Source: Paraspadella gotoi (lineage: Eukaryota; Animalia; Chaetognatha). From it: a DNA stretch of 64,000 nt. A program made the position numbers and the translations under genes. The stretch spans positions 5,906,382-5,970,381 of the forward strand of contig CM119263.1 in NCBI GenBank assembly GCA_051294375.1, written 5' to 3'. The notes beneath the pieces were generated by a model. That model had not been told where the DNA came from, made no database searches, and saw nothing but the letters and a program-made list of their open reading frames with translations. Shown in pieces: positions 33,141 through 48,300 of the stretch (positions are counted from its first letter, which is position 1; every line of letters begins with the position of its first letter).

Positions 33141-33300
33141 GCGGCCGTTGGTGCCGGAGGCAAGTCATTCGCCTCCCAACCCAAAGGTCCCGGGATCTAG
33201 CGCAATGGTCGCGTAGCAGTTGTGAAACAGTTATGAGGGTCGGGGCCCCTAACCCGCCTGTAACTCGGTGTTACAGCCTGATCCGAAGCTCAGGTACTGC
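33141..33300 (+). mobile_element. tRNA-derived SINE-like element with a partial twister-ribozyme-like motif
   Basis: A-box-like TGGTGCCGGAGG, anticodon-arm-like TCGCCTCCCAAC and a degenerate B box GGGATCTAGCGC, followed by TAACCCGC-CTGTAAC..GTTACAG-CCTGA-TCCGAAGC-TCAGG. Confidence 0.5.
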
Positions 33301-33644
33301 TTATATTGAATGGTTCTGTCACTAACACATAATAATAATCACTGTCTCTTCATCGGTGAGTCTGACTTCCGAACACAACAGCAACAACAACACTTTCTGG
33401 CGACATACCTCAACCTGGCGATGCACTTTCCGCCCACAACACATCATCCCGGAGAATATTGTTAATAAAATAAATATTTTAAATATTTTTCTTTCATTTC
33501 TAGCTTTAAGTTTGATATAATTTACAAACAATATTACATTTGAACCCATCGTTCGTTAGTCTTTTGTCGAAATCGAGAAGCTGAAATCTTCCAGGTTTTC
33601 AACTTCGTCGACGAGACACTGGGCGTCTTCATTTTCGATCTCGA

Positions 33645-33810
33645 ATTGACCAATCAGCGACAAGACCAATCAAGTATTTCCCAATCAGCGACAAGACCGA
33701 TCGATTATCTTCCAACCAGCGACGAAATGGATCGAGTAACGTCCAATCACGAGTCTTAGTTCAATTCCCTTGTGAGGATTCACTTGAGATTCTGACCAAT
33801 CAGCGAAGAG
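33645..33810 (+). promoter_or_regulatory. CCAAT-box (NF-Y-type) array upstream of the microprotein 5' UTR exon
   Basis: CCAAT or CCAAC at 33650, 33681, 33712 and 33743 (31-bp period), plus 33666 and 33796, mostly in the context CCAATCAGCGA. A UTR-exon donor AG/GTAAGT lies at 33913 and an acceptor at 34300. Confidence 0.55.
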
Positions 33811-34307
33811 GCGTCGAAAGAAGGCCGAGATTAAACTGCCGAAGACTTCAAGGGCATCCAAAGGGCATCAGCCATATTTTTAATCTTTTTTAGTTAAATC
33901 TAATATAATTTAGGTAAGTTGTTTGAACTTTTCAACGAAATGTTACCAGCTAAAGTACAAGTATTCACTATGTATGAAAATCAGAATGTGAAATCAGAAT
34001 TACATACTTTTTCCCACATGATAACTAACAATGTTCGGCATTTAGTTAAATAATGACATTAGAACAAAATTAAGGGTTATTTCTAAAACTTTTATGTATA
34101 GATTTTTGGTCAGATAAATATTGAATATTCTTCGTTGTCCATACTTCATACTGTCCGTCCGTCAATTACTACATTGTGGACGCAACAAGTTGCGTCCACA
34201 ACATCCCTATTTAGTCGTTCCTTCAAGGGAAGAAATGGTTGTGTAACCATCTACCAAAATTATTTAACAATTTCGTTGGTATTTTAATTATTTCATTCAG
34301 AATAAAA

Positions 34308-35141
34308 ATGGCGAAATTCGGTTCAATTTTCGCTTTGGCTTTTGTCTTCTTCCTCATCGCTCAATGTTTCGCCGATAATGGATCAGGTTTTTATTATTGA
34401 TACATTTTAAACCAAAGTATTATTATTATTACTTAATCAATAATCATAATTAATTTTTAAAATTTGTTGTTGTTTTTCTCAGGCGAAAGAAATAAAAGAG
34501 AATCAGAAGATTCTGATTCTTCGGTCAACGAACTTTATGGAAGGTAAAGACTTTTTAATTATTAACAATAATTAACAATTGATAAAGACGATAATTATTG
34601 TCGGTTGTGAAGACATAGTATACCACTGTGCAAGTGAGAAGTGTGAGTGCATATGAAATTGGTACAACCAATATAAAAAATAAAAAAATTTTCCATTCAT
34701 TTAATAAATAAGCTATCTTGCCCCTGACTTTGGACAGGCTTTGGTGGTTTAAGGCCTCCATCACTCTTACAAGATAATGACATAGCAGGTCCCTGCAAGC
34801 TTTCAATCAAGACTCTCTCACAGTCTCGTTTATTCACTCCCAGAGTACCTGGCTTCCCTATCAATGAAGTGGAAAATATTTCAAAGAATGTTTCAATTGT
34901 ATGAAAAGACCACTCCCTTAAGTATTAGATCGGGGAATACTTATCGAACTCCGCACTAGCATCAAAATAAAAGGAGCTGAATTTTATGAAATTGGTACAA
35001 CCAATATAAAAATTTTCCATTCATTTAATAAATAAGCTATCTTGCCCCTGACTTTGGACAGGCTTTGGTGGTTTAAGGCCTTTTTCTTTCGACATTTTTT
35101 TAATTCTTGAGAAATTCTTTTTTCAGACAGTTTAATATTAT

Positions 35142-35197
<56 letters not shown>

Positions 35198-35432
35198 ACT
35201 TTCTGTCTGAATATGAACAAAATAGGAATTGATGTCATAGTAATTTTAAAGACCCTTAAAAACCAAACAAAATGATATTAATTACTCTCTTCCACAATTC
35301 CAATTCCATTCCAGACCCTCCCATTACCAATTCGAGATGTACAGACTTGCTGCAGTCTTTGGTTTTATCGGATTTGCTGTCATCATGGGATTCGTCGTCT
35401 ACAAGCTATGCAGCACTCATAACATACAGTAG
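34308..35432 (+). CDS. 85-aa single-pass membrane microprotein, 3 coding exons
   Basis: Exons 34308-34386, 34483-34543 and 35315-35432 total 258 nt (phases 1/2) and give MAKFGSIFALAFVFFLIAQCFADNGSGERNKRESEDSDSSVNELYGRPSHYQFEMYRLAAVFGFIGFAVIMGFVVYKLCSTHNIQ*. Strong AAAAATGG start context. Confidence 0.72.
34650..35080 (-). mobile_element. Interspersed repeat with a partial tandem duplication (34652-34757 and 34985-35080), Penelope-like
   Basis: A ~100-bp near-identical direct repeat; the longer copy is homologous to 30540-30720. Confidence 0.5.
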
Positions 35433-36538
35433 TCATGCTGCAGCGTTTTGATACTGTAGGCGCGCAGCACCGATTGATTACAGTAACACAGCATTTCGGT
35501 GGGCGCCTTCATCCTCATCTCATTCCCACTCGACGCGCGATGGAAAACAACAACAACAACGATTGGGCAACCTTTATAAAAAAAAACATTATGAGCGAAA
35601 AAGCGTTTTAAATGCATTTTGGCTAATTAGCTTAGTTAAAATAAGTTTAAGGATTTAGTAGCATTCGGTGGAGGGCTAGGGTTTGGTCACCCTATTATAC
35701 GGCAGTTAACATCTATTGATGACTATGGCGGATGACAAAATGAAAGTGTCGCCCAAAAGAGAAACAAAAACTTGGATTCATTCGCGCGTCGCTCATTTCA
35801 ATTTTTTTTTCATTTTTGTTCCAATCGCTTCACTTATTTGGGGTAGAAGTCAATTTATAGGAGGTTTTTCGTTTGTTTGGTCTTTTTTTTTCGTTTTAAA
35901 TACATCTTTGTTATGTCATGTTTGAACATACAATTGTATAAATCGTTGTTTAAAACAATACTACCAAAATGAAAACAAAATGTGTAGCAACTTTGTTGAG
36001 TTTAAATTCCATCATTGTCTGAAGTTTCGATTGTTATTTTGTTCTCTTTTGTAATAAATGAATTCAGCTTTAATCAACTTAATCGTTTTAATATTAGAAT
36101 AAAGAATCAGTTTAGATTGGATTGGAATAATTAAAATAAAAAAAATGAAATAATAAGCTTTTGTTTTTCCATTATATATTTCTCATTGGCTACCCTCTGA
36201 CGTAGAGCATCCGAATAATTATAAAACAAAAGACCTCTCAAGATGAAATTCAAACCGAATTCTTAAGTGCATGAAAAAAATTATAAGATTGTATGAATCT
36301 ACATACTAACTACTAAGCTCCGAAATCTTTAAAGTGCTGGTTTTCTAAGTTTGAACTTTTAATTAAAAATATGTATTGATTATTTCTTTCTAAACAGATA
36401 CGTTAAAGAATACTACTAATGTAGATTCTTAAAAAGCAAATGTTTTGATTTTATATTCAAAGTATGAGACCAAAAAAAATAATAGCACAATTTTCAGATC
36501 TGTTTATAATTTGGACAAGAACAACGTGGGATCCCTCG

Positions 36539-36585
<47 letters not shown>

Positions 36586-36826
36586 TGGAAACAAGTTTCG
36601 CCTGTTCGACCGGATTAGTTAGCAATCACCTTGCGAAGTCATCGACATTAGGTAATTAGTGGAGGTAACTCGACAAAAAAAATCAAATCCAAGTTCATCG
36701 GGATAAACTATAAAAGATATCACACAAACAACAATAGAAGACGTAAAAACGATGGATATAACAAAGGGTCTAAACAAAGGAAGGAAGATGGCACCAGATT
36801 TGAGTCACACGTTCAGTTTGATGAGA

Positions 36827-40127
<3,301 letters not shown>

Positions 40128-41282
40128 AATTGCACTGACGAAACGAGTTTTGTTTTTTTTTCTGTTGTTTTATTTAATTTTAATTCTCATTTTTAATTCT
40201 ATTTGTTTCTTTATTATTCTTTCGTTGATTTTGAGTTCAAAAATCTTTCGTCAAGTTTGGATTTTTTTTTTTTTTTTTTTTTTGCTTCATTTACATAACG
40301 AGCAATAAGTTCGGCAATTCTCTCTGTCTCTGTCAGCCGGACATTGCGACGTCGGAACGAGAGAAGAGACGTGAGAGGAGAGAGATGAGGGAAGGAGGAC
40401 TGAGGAGAGACGAGGGATCTGACGAGACAGGAGAGAGGAGGAGAGAGGAGAGACGAGAGAGAGAGAGAGAGAGAGTAGCCGTTTTCTGATGCAGTTTCTC
40501 TTTGCTCGTTTTAGTTACGCAATCAACTTCTGGAGAACATTTCTTGTTTCTTTCCAACTAAAAAAAATAATTGTATACCAATCAATTTACCATTCAATCA
40601 ATCAATAAAATCATTTCGGGCTCCCGTTCCTCTTCGTTTTTTTTCTCAAGCAGCTCGTTCTCTTTTACAAAATGAAAATTTATTGGGAGCCCGAATTTCA
40701 GAGCTCGACTGATCCAGTGCAGCTGAAATGCGGCTGAGCTGCGGTCGGGCTTGACAAAGCGGCGAATGCGGCAGCGGACAGAGTTTAACATTTCGATTCA
40801 CGATTAATTCAATGGGTTTTTTTTTTCAGCGGAGATAATTGGCAATATGGTACTTAAATATGTCTTTATATTATATTAACTTTAAAAGTGTTTTAACTGC
40901 CCAAATAGTCGTTTTAAGAAATAAAAAACGCTAAACTATAGGCGGGGTGAACTTATGCAATGCCCGACTACATTTCTATATTTTCATGACAAAAAAGTTA
41001 TATTTCTTGTCTAACAATAAGAAAATTGATTACAATTTTACTTCATTCTTGTTATTACTCTTTTAATGTTTTATTATTTCCAGCGACGGTCGCGAACCCC
41101 GAACTTTTCCGTCCACTCGATTTCGGCGTCGCGCGAAGCAGGTCGGGCTCGCAAGACCGCGGGAGGGCGATCGAGCCGGTCGGGTCGGTCGTGCCCGTCA
41201 GGCTGCATTCCGTCGCGGCCGCGAAACGGAGCGGCCTCTTTACTGTCGAGGGTCGTTTAGAGTTTGATGACATAACAAGTTC

Positions 41283-41411
<129 letters not shown>

Positions 41412-42030
41412 AAGAGAGAAAGAGAGAGACACCTTTTTAAATTTGAAAATCCTGAATATCGACGATGAAGAAAACTGGACGTGATCAAAAGAGAGGTAAT
41501 GAAAGAGAGGAAAGGTAATAAAGGGTAGAAAGAAAAAAAAGACAAGAAATGAAAAAAGTAAAGAAAAGAAAAGAAAAGAAAGGAAAGAGAGTAAAGGAAA
41601 GAAAAGAAAGGAAAGAGAGTAAAAAATAGAAAAGAAATGAAGGAATGTAAAGAAAAGAAAAGAAATGAAATATTGTATAGGCAGAAGAAAACGAGAAGAA
41701 AGTAAAAAAAGGAAACATATATTTCCTAAAAAATGTATATTAATTTGTTAAATGTTTTTTTTTGTTGCCATTTCCGTTTTTTGTCGTCGTCATTTTTAAA
41801 CTTCGTCTTCTCCGTCGATATTTTTATTTACATACACCGCCTTTCTTTTGCATCGTCGTTGTCGTTGTCGTCTTCGTCGTCGTCGAAGACACATCGTCGT
41901 CGTTGTCGTCGTCGTCGCCCCGTCGTCGTCGCCCCGTCGTCGTCGCTGTCGTCGTCGTCGTCGTCTACGTCGTTCTCACATTCACCGATTTCACCATCTG
42001 CTCTTTTTTTTCGCGTGAGTCAGATTCCGC

Positions 42031-42049
42031 CACGTGATTCTGTCACGTG
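42031..42049. promoter_or_regulatory. Tandem canonical E-boxes with a 7-bp spacer
   Basis: CACGTG-ATTCTGT-CACGTG; the second box lies within the palindrome GTCACGTGAC. About 1.9 kb upstream of the nuclear receptor ATG. Confidence 0.45.
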
Positions 42050-42729
42050 ACTTCAATGATTCATAATCATAAAACCGGATTTCTCTCTTAATTCTTTTTT
42101 TTTTCCTTTTTCTTTTTTTTTTCATTTTTCCTCCTTCCTTCTTTCCTTCCTTCCTTTCTTCTTTCGTTTCTCTCTTTCCTTCCTTCCCTCCTTCCTTCTT
42201 TCCTTCTTTCCTTCCTGTTTTACGGCTTCTTTTTTTCTTTTCCTTGCCTTCCTTCCTCCTTCCTTCCTTCCTCCTTCTTCCTTCTTCCTTCCTTCCTTCC
42301 TTTCTTCCTTGTTTACCAGCTTCTTCCTTCCTTCCTTTCCTTTCGTTCCTCCTTCTCCTTCTATCCTTCCGTGTTAGTTTGCCTTCGCGCTTCTCTGATT
42401 TCCTTTCCTTCCTTCCTTCCTTCCTTTTTCCTCCATTCCATCTCTTTATTATCCCCGTATATATTTTCCTGAGCCTTCTTCATACCCCGTGGCCGAATTG
42501 TTTATATATATATATATAATATGTTTGTAAACTTTGTTAATTCTAGAAAAGAATCACTTTCCACTAAAAAAAACTAAAATAATCAACATTAAATCCGAAG
42601 AATCAAAAGTGAAAAACTGAGCAACAGAAAAAATCCTTTTAACTTCTAAGACTCTTTGCCTCTTTTTCCGACTTCCTCTTTTTACCAAAAATGTCACCCA
42701 AACTTTTTTTCATTCTACCGATTCACGCA

Positions 42730-43035
42730 GCGACACTCCTCTGTCCACTCTCTTTCACCACTGTTCTTCCTCCTACACTCCTATGTTTCTATCCCACGCC
42801 CCTGTTTTCCTTTCTACACTCCTCTGTTTCCCTGCTACACCCCTGTTCCCCCTCGCTATACACTTCTCCGTCCCCCTGCTACAAAAAACCCGCTGTTCCT
42901 GCCCTGCTACACTTCTGCCGTCCACCTGCTAACAACATCCCTGTTCCCCCTCCTACACTTCTCCGATCCCCCTGCTACTTCCCTGTTTCCCCTGCTACAC
43001 TCCTAATTTTCCCCTCCTACTCCCCTGTCTCAAAG
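42730..43035. repeat. Degenerate ~21-23-bp minisatellite (CCCCTGCTACAC..CCCTGTT)
   Basis: More than 10 imperfect units containing CTGCTACAC or CTCCTACAC. Confidence 0.7.
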
Positions 43036-43296
43036 TCTTCCCTCCTACTGCCTCCTCCTTCCCTCAACTTAAATATTTCTTCCTTCTGCTCATCTTAATC
43101 CGGATTTTTATTTTAATCCTTTCGTCTAATTCACATCCGCCCACTAATCCGAGCATCTCAACCACCTCACCCACCATGTCCCACTTTCCATGTCCCACTT
43201 TCCATGTCCCACCTTCCATCTATGTCTATGTCCTCGAGCATTTTCAAGAATTCGGTTTCCATCAATTTTTAATCGGATCCTTGACTTCGCGATTAC

Positions 43297-43355
<59 letters not shown>

Positions 43356-43611
43356 GCTTCTTTCTCCTCTCTTCCTACTTTCTCTCTCTCCTCCTCTCCT
43401 CTCTCTCTTCTCTCTCTCGTGCTCTTTGTTATTTTATAAATCTTTTCCCAGATTTCCCCACTTTTTTCTTTCATATCGTTTTTCGCTGCCTTGGTTGTAT
43501 GTGTTGGGTTGTCTCTGCGTGTTGTTCGATGTGTGTTGCATCTAAAGCAATTTGCCCTTGCTAGTTCCTAGCTCCCCTATTAAGCTCTCTCTCTCTCCTC
43601 TTCTGCTCTTT

Positions 43612-43649
<38 letters not shown>

Positions 43650-45349
43650 TCTCTCTCTCTCTCTCTTCTCTCTGTGACTGGGAAATCGGTCACTGTCTGT
43701 TGCAGATTCTGATCATGTTTTCCATGAATGAAGAAAAAAATGATTTTGTTTAAATCTAATAAAAACAAAGAAAAAGATAGACAATATTCGTGAAAGCAGC
43801 ATTTTTGTTGTTTTTTTTAGGCGAAAATTGAGATCAAAATTTTGTTGAAAAGACACAAAATTCCCAGCGGACGTATGCTTGGTTTAAATGTATACGGTTT
43901 TAAGCAATTGAGTACAAAATATACGACCTGCAAATAGATAATACCTAAAATAATTTAGCTCAAGTATATAATACTTATAGAGGAAGAAGAAACACGTGTA
44001 TAACCGCATGAGGCGAAGCGGCTCAATAACAGTGAAAAGCAGAGAAAATATAAAGGAAGTAAAAAAGAGGAAAAAATCGAAGGTTGAATTCAGATTCGAG
44101 TTAATAGTTTATAATTTATAAACGAAATTCAACTTCGTTCGTTTTTAATTCTTTTTTTTTTTTAGAAACATCAATAAAATCAATAACAATTCTCTTCCAT
44201 CAACGAAAATAAAGAGAGATAGAGAGCGATAGAAATGAAAAGAGACAGAGAGCGAGAGAGTAAAAACAAAAGAGTTTTAACGCAACTCTCTCTCTATCTT
44301 TTTTCTCGCTACAATAATTCTTGCTTTGACTCTGTCTCATCGATCCTTCACTCCCTCTCCCTCTCGCTCTCCCTCTCTCCCCCGCCTTCCCTTCACGCTT
44401 CCCGCTCACAAACAAAAAGGCATCGTCTCTCGCAATTCCTCTTCCCAATTTCTGCTCTTCCTCCTCCGATTGACGGCACGTCGTCGTTGTCGTCGTCGTC
44501 GTCGTCGTCTCGATTCCTTCGTGCACCATAAATTTTTGCACCATGAGTCGTTTCCACGTGCGACGAGGCGACGCTGATTTTCGTTGTTGTTGTTGTTGTT
44601 GTTGTCGTTCCTTCGACATCAAACTTCGACTCAGTTTTTCTCTTTCCTTCGCGATCTGTGAAAATTGAAAATAAAATGACTCTCTCTCTGTCTCGCTCTT
44701 TTTTTCTTTTTCCTTCGCGATGTGTGAAAATTGAAAAAAAATGTCTCTCTCTCTGTCGCGCTCTTGCTTAATCTCTCTCTTCTGCTTTCTTTTCTTTCTC
44801 GATTATCTTAAAGACACGATTTGAAAAATGGATTATTAAACCGCGAAAAAAAGGGAAAAAATTAAAAAATAAGAAAAAAGGACTCAAATTTCTCACCTTT
44901 AATAATCAACGCGTCACAATTTCGACGAAATCTTCGATTTTTTGGGCGAAAAAATCTTTTTTTCCTCAGCAATTTCGTCGCGACGTCGTCGTCTTCGTCG
45001 TCGTGGTCGTCGTCGTCGTCGTCGTTGTTTTCCTTTCTTTCTCCTTCGCCCTTTCCGCCTTTTCTCCCTCTGTTGTCATTCTTCCTTTCTTCGTAGTGAC
45101 TCCTTCCTTCGTCTCCGTAGTGACTTTTGTTTCCGTCCCAACTAAAAATGTCATGATGTCTTTTGTTTCTTTTGCGTCGAATCCAAACGCAGGGAATCAA
45201 AAGCAGGGTGAGCAGTTCGGTGGATAAGGTGTCGGAGGGTGTAGAGGGCTGGGGCATGGGGTTAGGGTTGGGGGTGCCGAGGTGGGGGACGGGTGGGACG
45301 AGAATGGCCGAGCATTGCTGAGCGGGAACAGCAAAAAGCTAACTTCCTT

Positions 45350-48300
45350 GTTTTCAATCGTAATCTTTCTAGTTAGCTAATATCTGTTTTGCTTATTTTT
45401 TTGTAACACAGAACCTTCTCGCTTAACTTCCCAAAACAGTATGTTCACCCGACGTACGGACGTCCCTCGGCGCCGTCTCTCATCTCACTCGCTCTCTCGT
45501 ATCTACTCTCTGCTCTCGTGCCTCTCTGCCCTCCCTCGTCTCTGCTCTCTCCTCTCTTCATCTAATTTATCGCCAGTCCGCCACTCATGGCGGTAATTTC
45601 GGGCTCTGTGCCATCGTTGCACAGACGCGAAAAAGCCGACTTGATTGCGGCGCACAGAATTCTTGGAGCACTCAACGCCAAACGCACAACCGGAAAACTC
45701 TGGTCTAAGCATCTGCACGCCGCGAACGGTCTCGTCACGCCCCGCATTTGGCCCTCACCGAAGAGAGGAGAGGAGCGCCCGGAGCGTCCGCAGTGACGAG
45801 AGACCCGACGCACGTGTCGCACCACACCAAGAGAGAGTCGAGACGAGCAAACGAGACCGAGGACGGAGACGACGAGACGCCGACGGTTAGGAAGCCCCCG
45901 GAAGACCGAAGAGAGAACGAGAGACCTGAAGAACGAATTATCCTACGAACGAAGATACAACTCAGAGTAGAAGCACACACTCTCACACACCAGATTCTCC
46001 TTTTCCTTCAATCTGAGTGACGCCTGCTCGTCTGCCGCCCCCACTGCACACGTGGATTTCCGCTTCCGAGCCCACAAACACAGAGACTAAACCTCTTTCG
46101 ATCTTTGTTGCCACAGTTGATCTTCCAAAATTACGCACCATCTTGTATCTCTAACATACCTGTCTCTTATTTCATCCCTCACTGATTAAGTCGTCCTCAC
46201 AGCACAACACCGCTGTCCACTCGTTCACAAATTCTACACATATAAACGCCAGAACATGCTGATCACCTGAACAACTCACCCCGTCCCTCACATCCACGAA
46301 TATGCACGCTAGTCAAATCACCGCACGTCTTAACCCAATCGCTACCCCGACTGCAAGCTGTGAACAGAGCCATTCCATCGAACAAAAGTACGACAAATCA
46401 AATACATCAAAAAAACAAGCGGAAAGCAAACATATCAAAGGTCTGGAAATCTCCCCCGTTTACTACGCCAATCGAACGCATTCAAGCACCTATCACGATA
46501 ATAAGACAGCAGACAACATGATCTTAAATCATCTGGCACACAGCAGAGCACAAGACACACAGAAGAACGGATTAACACGCCGATTTCACAAGTGGCGATC
46601 ACAGCGCTCTCGCCTACTTCAAGGATTCACGGATTTGAATTTAAGCCGCATTCTCACAGAATCACTTTTTAATAAAACAATTCTCTTCATCTTTTCACTT
46701 TTGCTTTCTTATAAACTACAGAACGGTGTCTCCAATGGGTTCATTCTCAAGGCCCCCCCCCCCCCCTCCCGCCCCCCCCCGCCCCACCCCCCCTCCCACC
46801 ACCCGACGACGCCCCCCCCCCCCCGCCCCCCCCCCCCCCCCCCCCCGACCGCCCCACCCCCCCCGACCCCCCCCGCCCCCCTCCCGCGCCGCCCCCGCCC
46901 CCCCGACCCCCCCCCCCCCCCCCCCCCCGCCACCGCCCGCCCGCCCCCCCGCTCCCCCCCGCCATCGCCCCCTCCACCCGCCCCCCACCCGCCCCCCCCC
47001 CCGACACGCCCGCGCAACGCCCCCGCACCCACCCCGCCACCTCCGCCCCCCCCCCGCCGCAGCCCCAGCGCCAGCACCCCCCGGAGGCGCGAGCCCCCAC
47101 CCCCCCCAGTTCTCCCCGACCACTCCCTCCGCCGAGCCGCGCCGCCGCCGCGCCGCAGCCCGCCCACTCTCGACGCCCGGCCGGCCCCACGTTCCCACGG
47201 AGCCCGCCCTCCGCCCGCCGCGGCCCAACGCCGACGGCGGCCGCCGAAGACCCGCGCGGGGAAACGTTCTGACTCTTGTCTTGCATTATACATGTAGATT
47301 TTGCTTTTCGAAATCTCACGTATTCTTCTTTTCCAAACTTTCCTTACCGTTCATCCTGCTTCAAATCGCTCTCCCTCTTTTTCCACGTTGTCTGTGAAAA
47401 CTGCCTAAACGGAAAAAAATGGCAATACAATGCTGATGATCTTCTCAATCAGAATACATCCACATACGCGCCCTCCTTTCTTTCGTCGTGCGTTCCGTCT
47501 CGCTGGTCCGTCGTTCCGTGTCCCTACCATCGAGAGCGTGAACAAACGAATGTTGTTTTGCGTCTTGAACGGCGAACATTTCTTCGTGTTCTCTGAGAAG
47601 TCAGGCATTTCCTTCTCGGTGGAGCGACGGAGGAGGAGGAGGAGGAGCAGATGGGGACAACAAGCGAGAAAAGGATGCAAAAACCCAACTGGATAACGAA
47701 GAAAGCAAAAGCAAAACGCGGTCATTTGGCCGGAAAAGTTTGATAAACATGCTGACAAGAACAACGAGGGAAAACATTGGCAAACATACGAGAGCCGGAG
47801 AAAAAAAAGCAACAATAGCAGATGGAGCCTTCGGGAAAATAGGAGAGGGAGTGGCAAATAGAGATGGAGTAGAATTGAGAGAGGGGGTGGAAATAGAGAG
47901 TGAGTGGAAAATTAAAGAGGAGTGGAAATTAGAGAGGGAGTGGAAAATAGGAAAGAGTATGAAAAATAGAGAGGGAGTGAGAATTAGAGAGGGAGTGGAA
48001 AATTAGAGAGGGTTGGGAAAAAAGTAAAAGAGATCGTGATTAAAAATAGAGAGGGGGTAGAAAATGGGAGAAAAAGGAGTGGCAAGATAGGCTTCAGACG
48101 AGCTGAGAACGAAAACATGACAGGCACGTGGAAACACGGTAACTACGGAGATGTGAAAAATGGAGGCGAGGTGCGAAAAACAGAAGGGGAGTGGAAAAGA
48201 AAAAACAAAGAAAAAAGCTAAAAGAGAGCAGAACACAACAAAGTGGATTAGGCCCGAGGGAAAGAAGAGAAAAGGACAATGGACAAAGAAAACAGAGGAA

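Noticed and set aside
34175-34200. Hairpin TGTGGACGCAAC-AA-GTTGCGTCCACA matching the LTR termini
   Set aside because: No other LTR sequence or TSD; the adjacent (GTCC)n fits a Helentron/DINE-type terminal hairpin better.
44862-45345. Possible terminal exon or ORFs on the minus strand
   Set aside because: No recognisable domain, the frame is ambiguous, and upstream exons would fall in unreadable sequence.
46302-47397. 331-aa proline-rich (formin/extensin-like) ORF and Gly-rich antisense ORFs
   Set aside because: An irregular poly-C tract in a low-quality region is open in nearly all frames; likely a sequencing artefact.
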